Below, piece after piece: positions 39,276-48,788 of a stretch of 64,000 nt of DNA. The notes under the pieces were generated by a model. It was not told the origin of the DNA, searched no databases, and saw only the letters and a list, made by a program, of their open reading frames with translations. Both the position numbers and the translations under genes were made by a program. Numbering within the stretch: position 1 is the first letter of the stretch; the number at the start of each line of letters is the position of its first letter. This stretch comes from an uncultured Deferribacteres bacterium (lineage in GTDB: Bacteria; Zhuqueibacterota; Zhuqueibacteria; Zhuqueibacterales; Geothermadaptataceae), in contig CAXHAT010000001.1 in assembly GCA_964014485.1 (NCBI GenBank), forward strand, positions 32,001 to 96,000. The letters are read 5' to 3'.

Positions 39276-39470
39276 CGACTCAGGAACATGAGCAATTAAA
39301 AAATGAAATATACCGCCGCCGAACATGCAGACAAGCGAAAACGGCCAACGGGCTGGCCGTTTTTCACCGCTCCGTCAGGTCGTTCTTCCCAGCGAATAAT
39401 GCTTGAAAGATGCGGGAATGCGTCGTACATTCGCCGCCAATATCGTCGAACTGACGTTTTAAAGGAAAAA

Positions 39471-41411
39471 ATGAAAAGAACGTTTCTGACCTTTGCCGCG
39501 CTTTTTGTCGCCGTCCCGCTCTTGGCCCAAAAGCCCATCATTTACAAAATTTCTTTTGAAAACGCCGCCCACCACGAAGCCGAAATTTCGGTTCAATTCA
39601 GCGACGTCCCGGAAGGTAAGCTTGAGCTGCGCATGAGCCGCTCCTCGCCCGGGCGCTACGCACTCCACGAATTCGCAAAAAACGTCTACAACGTCCGCGC
39701 GGTTGACAGCAAGGGAAAGCCGTTGATCGTCTCACGACCGAATCCTTACCAATGGGACGTTTCCGGGCACAGCGGAACCGTGAAAGTGAGCTACACTTTG
39801 TATGCCGACCACGCCGACGGCACCTACGCCGCCGTCGATGCATCGCACGCTCATTTGAACATGCCTGCGACTTTTATGTGGGCGCGCGGCATGGACGAAC
39901 GCAAAATCAGAATTGAGTTTTCACCTCCGCGCGACAGTAACTGGAAAGTGGCGACCCAGCTTGCGCCAACGAATGATCCTTTCATGTTTACCGCGCCGAA
40001 TTTCCAATATTTTATGGATTCTCCGACTGAGCTAAGCAATTTTATGCTGCGCGAATGGCCGGTCGATTCGCCGCACGGCGAGCAGACAATTCGGATCGCG
40101 CTTCATCACGAAGGAACGGAAGCGGAGGCCGATGTTTACGCTGAAATGGGCAAGCGCGTTGTCGACGAGCAAATCGCCATCTTTGGCGAACTGCCCAAGC
40201 TGGATTATGGAACGTACACCTTTATCGCCGATTATTTGCCGTGGGTTTCCGGCGACGGCATGGAACATCGCAACTCAACGATTTTGATTGGAACGAATCC
40301 GCTGAAAACGCGCGCTGTCGGGAATTTGGGGACGCTGTCGCACGAGTTTGTGCATACCTGGAACGTCGAACGCATCCGCCCGAAATCTCTGGAGCCTTTC
40401 AATTTTGAAGCCGCAAACATGTCCGGCGAACTGTGGTTTGCCGAAGGTTTCACCAGCTACTACACGCCGTTGACCATCCATCGCGCCGGGCTAACGAGCC
40501 TGGATCGTTTGGCGCGCAGCTATTCCGGGACGCTCAACTATGTTTTGAATTCACCTGGCCGAAACTTCTTTTCGGCTGTAGAAATGAGCATGCAAGCCCC
40601 GTTTGTCGACGCGGCTCGCGCGGTTGACGAGCACAATCGAAACAACACTTTTATCTCTTATTATTCGTTTGGCGCTGCGATAGGCCTCGGGCTTGACTTG
40701 GCGCTGCGGTCGAAATTTGAAGGCTTGTCATTGGATAATTTAATGCAAGCCATGTGGCAAAATTTCGGCAGATCGGAAACGCCCTACACGAACGAAAATA
40801 TTCGAGAAACACTGGCGGAAATTACCGGCGATCAAGCATTCGCAACGATGTTTTTTGACAAATATATTTTTGGAAATGAAGTCCTGAATTATAAGAGTTT
40901 GCTCGCAAACGCAGGCTTGACCCTGAAAAAGAGAAATCCCGGTAAAGCGTGGGCGGGTGCGGCTTTTCTGCGGTATCAGGACGGAAAAGCCTTGGTTAGC
41001 GGCGCGACGCGAATCGGTTCGCCTTTTTATAACGCCGGGGTAGATCGCGATGACAAAATCATCGAAATTGACGGCATGGAAATGTCTTCGCAGGATGAAT
41101 TTAAGAAACTGCTTGATTCGCACGAACCGGGCGACGTCGTTGAAATTTCGTACTGGCAGCGCGGCCAGGAAAAAACGGAAAAGCTGACTTTTGCTGAAGA
41201 CCCGTCGCTTCAAGTCGTTCCTTTCGAGCACCAGGAGCAAGAGATCACCCAAGAGATCGCAGCCTTCCGAAAAAGCTGGCTTGGCTCGAAAGCTAAAAAT
41301 CAGCGCCCCGAACTGGTCAAGCATTGCCATCGATGTAAGCGAGAGTTTGCCTTTGCTTTCGAATATTGCCGATTCGACGGCGAGACGTTGATGATTACGT
41401 CGGACAAATAA
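39471..41411 (+). CDS. M61 glycyl aminopeptidase with PDZ domain and C-terminal zinc-ribbon-like motif
   Basis: Signal peptide; GMEHRNST, HEFVH, LWFAEGFTSYY; PDZ; CHRC...CRFDG. Confidence 0.92.
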   Translation: MKRTFLTFAALFVAVPLLAQKPIIYKISFENAAHHEAEISVQFSDVPEGKLELRMSRSSPGRYALHEFAKNVYNVRAVDSKGKPLIVSRPNPYQWDVSGHSGTVKVSYTLYADHADGTYAAVDASHAHLNMPATFMWARGMDERKIRIEFSPPRDSNWKVATQLAPTNDPFMFTAPNFQYFMDSPTELSNFMLREWPVDSPHGEQTIRIALHHEGTEAEADVYAEMGKRVVDEQIAIFGELPKLDYGTYTFIADYLPWVSGDGMEHRNSTILIGTNPLKTRAVGNLGTLSHEFVHTWNVERIRPKSLEPFNFEAANMSGELWFAEGFTSYYTPLTIHRAGLTSLDRLARSYSGTLNYVLNSPGRNFFSAVEMSMQAPFVDAARAVDEHNRNNTFISYYSFGAAIGLGLDLALRSKFEGLSLDNLMQAMWQNFGRSETPYTNENIRETLAEITGDQAFATMFFDKYIFGNEVLNYKSLLANAGLTLKKRNPGKAWAGAAFLRYQDGKALVSGATRIGSPFYNAGVDRDDKIIEIDGMEMSSQDEFKKLLDSHEPGDVVEISYWQRGQEKTEKLTFAEDPSLQVVPFEHQEQEITQEIAAFRKSWLGSKAKNQRPELVKHCHRCKREFAFAFEYCRFDGETLMITSDK

Positions 41412-41448
41412 ATTTGGTCTTCTGCGAAAAACCAACTGACATGTTGAT

Positions 41449-42168
41449 ATGAATCTACGTCTGAAAGCTGCGATTTTTTCTTTAGCTGCGTTTCTAAGCG
41501 CCGAAACCTTATGGGCGGGAGACGCTTCGAAACTCAAGGTTATCGGCTTCTCGCAAGACGGAAAATACCTGGCGTTTGAAGTGTACGGCGTTCAAGACGG
41601 CAGCGGTATGCCCTATTGCGAGGTTTACCTGGTCGATGTTGAAAAGAATGATTTTGTCGGTCGTCCGGTCAAGCTATCCGGGCACGAGGGAGACGGCGAC
41701 GATTTGGCTTTGAACACTGTCCGCGAGCAAGTTCGCGGACAAGTCGAGAGCCGCATCGCTGAATTGGAAATCAGCGGCGAATTTCAAGGCGAGTTGGTCG
41801 TTCACAACCCAATCGCCGATCTTTCAGACGACGGCTGTCACGTACGTTTTTCCAGCCATCCGGTAACGTACAATGAACCCGAAGCGCACGTTTATGAAGT
41901 TTTTTTAGAGCAAGAAGCAACTGGGGACACTTGCTACTATTTTCCGGCGCAAATTTTTACCCTGAATTTGAAGCATCAGGGCCGCATCAAAACGCTGCAA
42001 AAGGACGCTCGTCTGCCAAAATCGCGCGGGTGCGTTTATAAATATCGCATTGAGCGCGTCATCTGTTTTCAGAACAAAATCGTCGTTTTTCTCAACTCTT
42101 ACCGCCCCGGCTTCGAAGGCCCGGAAGTGCGTCACCTGGTTGTGACCGGCACGCTCGATTTTCCATAA
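41449..42168 (+). CDS. DUF2259-like secreted protein
   Basis: GD...IGFSQDGKYLAFEVYGVQDGSG.PY; LQKDARLPKSRGC; PGFEGP. Confidence 0.8.
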   Translation: MNLRLKAAIFSLAAFLSAETLWAGDASKLKVIGFSQDGKYLAFEVYGVQDGSGMPYCEVYLVDVEKNDFVGRPVKLSGHEGDGDDLALNTVREQVRGQVESRIAELEISGEFQGELVVHNPIADLSDDGCHVRFSSHPVTYNEPEAHVYEVFLEQEATGDTCYYFPAQIFTLNLKHQGRIKTLQKDARLPKSRGCVYKYRIERVICFQNKIVVFLNSYRPGFEGPEVRHLVVTGTLDFP

Positions 42169-42179
42169 AGCCGTCCTAA

Positions 42180-42890
42180 ATGCTCGCCAAATTACAGCAA
42201 CTTTATTCCGGATTTTATCTCGACGCGCCCGTTGGAAACAACGCTTTTTCGTGGAATCTGCGGCAACACAAATCGCTCTATGTTCCGACTCTCATCGAAG
42301 GAAGATTGGATGATTTGGCGGTGGGCGAAAATATCACCTTTTGCGAAGTCGTTGACGGGCGGGAGCAAGCGCACCTAGGGTTGCGGCGGTTCATCTATTT
42401 CCAAAAAGGCGGAAAGCATTTTTTTATTTTCGACAATCACAACCACGCGTTTTGCTTCTGGGTTTTCGGAGTATTGAAGCGCTTGTTTCCAAAAGGTTTA
42501 AGGCTTGTCCATGTTGATCAACATTCCGATATGCGCGAACCGGAGACCTGGTTTTCCGATGCGTTTGATTTGAACCAGGCATTTGACTACACAAACAACG
42601 TTTTGAACGTCGGCAATTTCATCAAGCCCGCCTTAAAAGCCGGCGTTTTTTCCGATGTTGACGTCATCGACGGCGAGTACGCTTTGAATAAGCATTCTTA
42701 CAATGAAAAGATCGTGCTTGACGTGGACGTTGATTTTTTTGCTCCGGAAATGGCTTTTATCGACCACGACTTGAAAATCAAAAAAATCAGAGAATACCTC
42801 CAGATGGCGGACTTTGTCACCATCGCGACCAGTCCTTTTTTTATCGATCAAACACTGGCCATAAACGTCATCAAGGAATTGCTGGCATGA
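42180..42890 (+). CDS. UPF0489-family (arginase-like fold) protein
   Basis: FDNHNHA, HVDQHSD, NVGNFI, LDVDVDFF, TIATSP. Confidence 0.78.
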   Translation: MLAKLQQLYSGFYLDAPVGNNAFSWNLRQHKSLYVPTLIEGRLDDLAVGENITFCEVVDGREQAHLGLRRFIYFQKGGKHFFIFDNHNHAFCFWVFGVLKRLFPKGLRLVHVDQHSDMREPETWFSDAFDLNQAFDYTNNVLNVGNFIKPALKAGVFSDVDVIDGEYALNKHSYNEKIVLDVDVDFFAPEMAFIDHDLKIKKIREYLQMADFVTIATSPFFIDQTLAINVIKELLA

Positions 42891-43891
42891 ATTTTAACGC
42901 TTTCGCAGCCGCAGAAGCTTCGGCTCAATTTGCGCCGTTCGCCTATCCGCCAAAACCGCTTTCACACCTTGATCTTGAAATTGAAATCACGCATTGCGGC
43001 ATTTGCCACAGCGACGTGCATTTGTGGCAAAACGATTGGGGAATCACGCATTTTCCTTTTGTTCCCGGCCATGAAATTGTTGGGATCGTTCAAAAGCGCG
43101 GCAAGAACGCGAAGCAATTTGAAATTGGCGATCGCGTCGGCGTGGGCTGGCAATGCGGCTCCTGCCACAAGTGTGAGTTTTGCGACCGCGGCGAGGAAAA
43201 CTTGTGCGACCGCAAAAAAGCGACGTGCGTCAAAAATCACGGCGGATTCGCGGACAAGATTCGCGTCGACCATCGATTCGCGTTCAAAATCCCGGGAGCG
43301 CTGAGTTCGGCGGGTGCGGCGCCGCTGCTTTGCGGCGGAATCACAGTTTATACGCCGCTCAGAGATTTTGGGGTGAGCTCAGAAATGAAAGTCGGCGTTG
43401 TCGGCGTCGGCGGCCTCGGACATTTGGCCATTCAATTCGCCGGCGCAATGGGCTGTGAAGTGACGGCCTTCTCGACTTCTCCAAATAAGGAAAGTGAAGC
43501 AAAAAAATTTGGCGCACATCATTTTGTCGATTCTCGTAACCGTGAAAAAATGAAAAAAACACAGCGTTCTCTTGATTTTATATTAACCACGGTTTTTGCT
43601 GATTTGGATTGGCGCGTTTACGTCAACGCGCTGCGGCCGCGAGGCAAGCTTTGTTTTGTCGGCGTGCCGGAGCAACCGATCACGATTTCTCCAAGCCAAT
43701 TGATTGAGGGGCAGCGCTCCATTTGCGGCAGCCCAATCGGCGGGCGGGTGATGATGCAGGAAATGTTGCAGTTTGCCGCACGACATAAAATCGAGGCGCA
43801 AATTGAGACGCTTCCTTTTTCAGAAGTGAATGCGGCGATGGCCAAAGTGCGAGACAGCCAAGCGCGTTACAGGGTTGTTTTAAAGAATTGA
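42887..43891 (+). CDS. Zn-dependent NAD(P) alcohol dehydrogenase (CAD/Ahr-like)
   Basis: CGICHSD, GHEIVG, four structural Cys, GVGGLG. Confidence 0.93.
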   Translation: MNFNAFAAAEASAQFAPFAYPPKPLSHLDLEIEITHCGICHSDVHLWQNDWGITHFPFVPGHEIVGIVQKRGKNAKQFEIGDRVGVGWQCGSCHKCEFCDRGEENLCDRKKATCVKNHGGFADKIRVDHRFAFKIPGALSSAGAAPLLCGGITVYTPLRDFGVSSEMKVGVVGVGGLGHLAIQFAGAMGCEVTAFSTSPNKESEAKKFGAHHFVDSRNREKMKKTQRSLDFILTTVFADLDWRVYVNALRPRGKLCFVGVPEQPITISPSQLIEGQRSICGSPIGGRVMMQEMLQFAARHKIEAQIETLPFSEVNAAMAKVRDSQARYRVVLKN

Positions 43892-43901
43892 GGCCTTTTG
43901 T

Positions 43902-43969
43902 AAGGAGAGCAAGGCTTGCCTTGATTGTACGCTAAGCTTTTAAAAGGCAAAGCAAGCTTTGCACTCCTT
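43902..43969. repeat. REP-like inverted pair (GGAG family)
   Basis: AAGGAGAGCAAGGCTTGCCTTG ... CAAAGCAAGCTTTGCACTCCTT between convergent genes. Confidence 0.65.
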
Positions 43970-43981
43970 CTGGCGATCCCG

Positions 43982-46474
43982 CTATTTTTCCGGCTGAAGA
44001 TGCGTCACGTGCTGCGCAACGGATTCGACTTTTGGCCGTGAATAGAATGCCGGAAAATACCGTCCCTCCGCCCAGAGTTTAAACAAATCTCCGTAGTGCG
44101 GGCTATTTGGATCGCCTGACTGACCGGGCGAATTTGTGCCCACCGAATTATCCCAATTTCCCGTGTCAGCAATAATTCTGAATGTGCCGCCGGAGCGTTG
44201 ATTGTCCGAGTTTGACGTGTTGTTCACGGTGTAGCCGTATCCGCCGCGCGGCAAAGGCCCAACGTTGAGTTTTTCCTTCATAGCTTCCGTCACCGCGCCG
44301 CTCAGCATGTGTTGAATTTTGCTGTGATGATATTTCGCCTGGCCGTATTGCCATCGTCGCATGTCTGCGCCCAATTTATTGGTCAATTTTTCAAGCGCCT
44401 GTGACAAGCTGTTGAGTAAAAGTTCATCCCGCGCGGCGACCGGATTTTTGCCGAATGCTCCGTCGGGAGCAACCAACCATTCGATGAGACGAACGCGCGA
44501 CACACCGCCGAAAAGAGCCGCATCTTCGAGAGAAATTCGTAAAGCGATGACATTTTGCGCCAGTTTTTTCTCCCACGCTGCGTAAATTCCTGCTTCTACA
44601 GAATTTGCATCGAGAACGAAATCCCAATCCAAAAGCATTCGCATCGCTTCCGCGACGCGCCGGTCGTCAGATTTTAGATTCTTGAGCAACGGGACAATTG
44701 CCCGCGCAACGAGAGAGAGCTCGTCGTGCTGCAAAAGCATGTTGTCGGAAAGCGTAAGTTTTCGTCCTGAGCCCAGCACTTCTTCGATGCGGTGAAAGCG
44801 GAACGGGTCTGACCAATTAAATCCAATGTGGTAGGGGTAATCGAGCGGGACGTTGTTTTGGTTGGCGGTTGCAAAATGGCCTTTTTCAGGGTTGTAAACA
44901 TTCGGCAGAGATTTTACCGGTAAAAAGCCTGTCCATTCAAAACGGCCGTCGCCCGGGACGGGAAGAACGCCTTGCCAATCGTTGCGCACGGGCGTGAATC
45001 CGACCGCCTGCCAGCCGATGTTACCGTTTTTGTCGGCCCAAACCATATTTTCCGGCGGCGTTCCGGAAAAACTGCACGCCTCGCGAAATTCTTCAAAAGT
45101 GGCTGCTTGATCCATGCGCAAGCTGGCCAAATAGGGCGCGGTTCCGATTTCCAACCATGCCGCGCGCAACGCGTAAGCCTTGCTATTTTCTGCGTCTTCG
45201 TACAATACCGGGCCGTGTCTTGTGTATTTTAGTTGAACAGTCTTTGGCTCTTGACCTTTGACGGGGATACTTTCTTCGATCATTTCCATATCCTGCCAAC
45301 GTCCCTGATATTTGTACTGGTTTGGGTTTTCAGGATTTGTGTCGTAGGTGTACAAATCTTCCTGATCGATAAGAAAAATTGTCAATCCCCATGCGCCGTG
45401 CTCATTGTGGCCGATTGAAAGTCCGGGGAGTGCAGGCTCGCCGCCGCCGATGGCGTTCCAGCCCGGAGCATTGAGGTGGGCCCAGTAACGCAGCGAGGGA
45501 ACCTGCAGACTGCGATGGGGATCATTGGCCATAATCGGATAACCGGAAAACGTCTTTTCGCCGCTCAACACCCAGTTATTGCTGCCGATGGTGTTAACAA
45601 CCTCGTTGACGTCACCAAACAGTTTCAAAAAGTAATCTCGGGCATTTTCCGGCTCTCCTTGCGCCAATCGTCCTTGAATCTCCTGGTTAAAAAGCGCCCC
45701 GGTTTTGGGAGATTTGCCACGATGCTCGGCTTGGGCAATATCTTCGGGCGTAAAGGGCGGCGGAAACCGAGATGCGTTGTATATCTCCAGAACGTCCTGC
45801 GTGATGAGTGACAAGTCAAGTCCTGGTTTCACCTCAAGGTCTGGCTGCCCGTGGTGGTAATTGTTGATTTCGCGAACCTTGTCGGCCCCGAGCTTGTGTA
45901 CGAGTTGCGCGGTCGCGACTTCCGCTCGTGCGCCAAAAAACAGGCCGTTGTGCCGCGAAACCACGATTTCCGGCGTCCATTCGCCGGGCTGAATTCCGAG
46001 CAATCCAAATTCAATTGGCAGCAGATCGGGGTTTTGTCGCGTCAGCTCAATGTAGGCGTTTATCCCCGCAACAAAAGAAGTGATAATCTCACGCCCGTCT
46101 TCGTGATAGTGCGCCATTTCTTGTTCAATCGGCTTGCGCAGCTTGAGCAGCCTCGCTCCAATGTCGTGCTGCAGCGCTTTTTCACCCTGAATTTCCGCCA
46201 GCAATCCGAGCGCGCGTCTGCGCCACATCTCGAATTGGAAAAGCCGATCACGCGCTGCATTCCAGCCTTGCGCGAAAAACAAATCGGGCTGGTTTTGTGC
46301 GTAAATGTGTGAAATCCCCCACCTGTCCTTGATGATTTCAACCGTCTCGCTCAAGCCGGCGATTTTCAGAGTGTCGACTTTGTCACCATAGGTGGCCGTC
46401 CGCCCTTCCGGCGTAAAGTTCAGGATGACTCCCAAAGCCAATGCTTTGACCAAAAGCCTTGATCGATTTCGCAT
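43982..46474 (-). CDS. Penicillin acylase family (Ntn hydrolase S45)
   Basis: DRWGISHIYA, ARDRLFQ, nucleophile GSNNW, ANDPH, PGQSG. Confidence 0.93.
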   Translation of the reverse strand: MRNRSRLLVKALALGVILNFTPEGRTATYGDKVDTLKIAGLSETVEIIKDRWGISHIYAQNQPDLFFAQGWNAARDRLFQFEMWRRRALGLLAEIQGEKALQHDIGARLLKLRKPIEQEMAHYHEDGREIITSFVAGINAYIELTRQNPDLLPIEFGLLGIQPGEWTPEIVVSRHNGLFFGARAEVATAQLVHKLGADKVREINNYHHGQPDLEVKPGLDLSLITQDVLEIYNASRFPPPFTPEDIAQAEHRGKSPKTGALFNQEIQGRLAQGEPENARDYFLKLFGDVNEVVNTIGSNNWVLSGEKTFSGYPIMANDPHRSLQVPSLRYWAHLNAPGWNAIGGGEPALPGLSIGHNEHGAWGLTIFLIDQEDLYTYDTNPENPNQYKYQGRWQDMEMIEESIPVKGQEPKTVQLKYTRHGPVLYEDAENSKAYALRAAWLEIGTAPYLASLRMDQAATFEEFREACSFSGTPPENMVWADKNGNIGWQAVGFTPVRNDWQGVLPVPGDGRFEWTGFLPVKSLPNVYNPEKGHFATANQNNVPLDYPYHIGFNWSDPFRFHRIEEVLGSGRKLTLSDNMLLQHDELSLVARAIVPLLKNLKSDDRRVAEAMRMLLDWDFVLDANSVEAGIYAAWEKKLAQNVIALRISLEDAALFGGVSRVRLIEWLVAPDGAFGKNPVAARDELLLNSLSQALEKLTNKLGADMRRWQYGQAKYHHSKIQHMLSGAVTEAMKEKLNVGPLPRGGYGYTVNNTSNSDNQRSGGTFRIIADTGNWDNSVGTNSPGQSGDPNSPHYGDLFKLWAEGRYFPAFYSRPKVESVAQHVTHLQPEK

Positions 46475-46508
46475 TCGTTTCTCTCTCCCTCGTTTTGAAA
46501 GATGAATC

Positions 46509-46940
46509 TTACTCACCGGCTGTTATTTTGGCGTCAATCGAATATCTGCCCGGCCCGCTGATCAAAAGCGCAATGTAGGGAAAAAGAAAAAGAATCGCTT
46601 TTTCCATGCGAGAAAACGGATCGCTGATATGAACGACAAATATGGCCACAAGCATTGTGATGATCAGCGGGATGACCGCGAATCGCGTTGCAAAGCCGAT
46701 CACGACGGCGACAGCGCAGAAGAATTCGGCAAAGACGGCCAAAGTCAGGCTGATTGGGCTGCCGAGACCAAGCGGGTCGGGGAAGGAATCCAGACGTTCG
46801 CCGTAGCTCATCAATTTTCCCCAGCCGTGCCCGATCACCATAGATGCGCCGAACACAATTCGAATAATAAGGAGGGACAGGTCGATTCGCGCTGCGGGGA
46901 TTTCAGGATCGAAAAAGTACTTTTTCCAGAATGATTTCAT
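46509..46940 (-). CDS. DoxX family membrane protein
   Basis: LLIIRI...HGWGKL, AEF, GFATR, GPGRYSID. Confidence 0.9.
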   Translation of the reverse strand: MKSFWKKYFFDPEIPAARIDLSLLIIRIVFGASMVIGHGWGKLMSYGERLDSFPDPLGLGSPISLTLAVFAEFFCAVAVVIGFATRFAVIPLIITMLVAIFVVHISDPFSRMEKAILFLFPYIALLISGPGRYSIDAKITAGE

Positions 46941-47170
46941 CTTACACTCCATTTGTTGAATTGAGAACCCAAGAGCGCAATAAAGGAGCATTTTCAAAAG
47001 AAAAAGTAAACTAATTTGAGATGGAAGCTTCGAACTGGGGGGTATTTCGAAAAAGGGGATGAAGGTAAGCGCTGGCTTCAGCGCCTACCATTTACGGCTC
47101 AAAGTCAATTCAACCGGGAAGGCGCGAGCGGGTAAAACCGCTCGCAGGCGGATGCAAAAGATCAAAACCT

Positions 47171-48643
47171 TTAATACTGTCCTTTTGAAAAATACCGCGA
47201 AAAAAGCAAGTCGCTTAACTTCACGGCTTCGCGACAGTATGGGCGAATTTCCCTGGCAGACAATTCTTCGTTTAAAATTGTCTTTGCGGTTTTCCAACTG
47301 TCTTCGGACTCAATCCGTTTGATAAACTTTTTGTACGCTCTTTGATCCTTGCCAAAGATTTTTTTAACAAAGAGCGTCTCGGATTTCTTATCGATGATTA
47401 CATGCAAAGAAGGGTAAGGGCCGGGAGGTTGATACTCGAGCTGAGAGCGATTGATTGAGGCGGTGGCGGTATCATCAAATTCAAAGTTAGAGCGGAAGCT
47501 GCGGCCAAAATTGTCAGTCGCGTCAAAAGCGGCATTATCATTGTCTTGAGAAGACGAATCGCCCATCGACGGCGTTCTGTCATTTTCTTTTGAGCTTTTC
47601 GGCTTTTTCTCGTTTCCGGCCCCGTTTGATGCATTCGAATTATCACGTTTTCCGAAAAAAAATCGCATGTATCCAGTCTCATTTTCAGGGTTCATTTCCG
47701 AATGCCGCGCCGGCTGCGTGACCGTAAGGGCGCGGCTCACCGTTTGTCTGTCTGAATCATTCCCCGTTAAGACGTCAGAATTTTCTCTCTCGCTCGTCAA
47801 CGCAGCGGCGGCGGGTTCGTCGATATATTGAACAGGTTCGCCAATATCATCTCCTCCTTCGGCCAGTCTGCCTACAATCAGATGTCGTTCGAGAAATTGT
47901 TGGAACGCTTCAAAGGACCAGGTCTCCTTTTGAGATCGCTCTTCAAGAAAGCTTGCGGCGTAATCGTGCAGGCCGCGTTCTACAAGCATGCCGTACATCA
48001 AGTCTGCGGAGAACTCGTGGACGTCGGTTTGAAAAACTTCGAAATAGAATCCCCAAAGCATTTCTAAATCCGAACAAAGCGAAGCGACGGGATTTCCCGC
48101 ATAGAGGTCGGCTTTCAGCTTTTCCGAGACGGCATTGTAATCTTCTTTTGAAAAATAGTTTTTGGGGTCTTTCTCAAGCTCCGCCAGCAAAGCTCGGACG
48201 AAAGGAACGTCGCCGCTCAAACCACGCAAAACATCGACGACTTCTTCGCTCAAGCGCTCGGGCTGCGTTCGAAAAAGCATGGATTTAACAGTAGAAACGG
48301 GGCGGGTGATCAAATCGAAGCAAAGCGTAACGGTAAAGCGAATCGTCTTTCGGACTTCTTCGGGCCGAAAACGCACTCGTTCGATAAGGTGATCTCTCAG
48401 AATACGAATGTGATTCTTAAAAGCAGGTTCAGAAAAATCGAACCGATTGCTCTGAATGATTCTGATGGGGCGTTCTTTGAGAAAGACATTGCGAGCCTCC
48501 TTGCGGAGTGAAACGCGCAAAATATTAGGTAAGTTTAAGTGCTCAAGTTCCTTGAAGGCAATGAATTGCTTATTGCTGACAATTCTTTGCTCAAGTTCAG
48601 CGATGAGCTTTTGTTTCTCCAGGCGCCAATAGTCGGCATTCAT
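47171..48643 (-). CDS. Hypothetical helical protein (490 aa) with disordered linker and C-terminal domain
   Basis: Long ORF with RBS AAGGA; no recognised catalytic motif. Confidence 0.75.
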   Translation of the reverse strand: MNADYWRLEKQKLIAELEQRIVSNKQFIAFKELEHLNLPNILRVSLRKEARNVFLKERPIRIIQSNRFDFSEPAFKNHIRILRDHLIERVRFRPEEVRKTIRFTVTLCFDLITRPVSTVKSMLFRTQPERLSEEVVDVLRGLSGDVPFVRALLAELEKDPKNYFSKEDYNAVSEKLKADLYAGNPVASLCSDLEMLWGFYFEVFQTDVHEFSADLMYGMLVERGLHDYAASFLEERSQKETWSFEAFQQFLERHLIVGRLAEGGDDIGEPVQYIDEPAAAALTSERENSDVLTGNDSDRQTVSRALTVTQPARHSEMNPENETGYMRFFFGKRDNSNASNGAGNEKKPKSSKENDRTPSMGDSSSQDNDNAAFDATDNFGRSFRSNFEFDDTATASINRSQLEYQPPGPYPSLHVIIDKKSETLFVKKIFGKDQRAYKKFIKRIESEDSWKTAKTILNEELSAREIRPYCREAVKLSDLLFSRYFSKGQY

Positions 48644-48740
48644 TTTTAATCCTTGCCATTTCGTCCTGTGCTCGGCAAAAGGAATCGAATCCCTTTCGAT
48701 TTTCCGTTAAAATAAAAAGCGCGGCAGTGCATTACGCTTG

Positions 48741-48786
48741 AAAAAACTCACTCCCCGATACTCATCCTGAGTTCGAGGGGCGAATG
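48741..48786 (-). terminator. Probable gyrA terminator
   Basis: Imperfect GC-rich hairpin followed by T6 on the minus strand, just after the gyrA stop. Confidence 0.45.
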
Positions 48787-48788
48787 TT

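Noticed and set aside
47050..47160. tRNA, SRP or 6S RNA
   Set aside because: No cloverleaf, no SRP helix-8 motif and no long-range 6S pairing.
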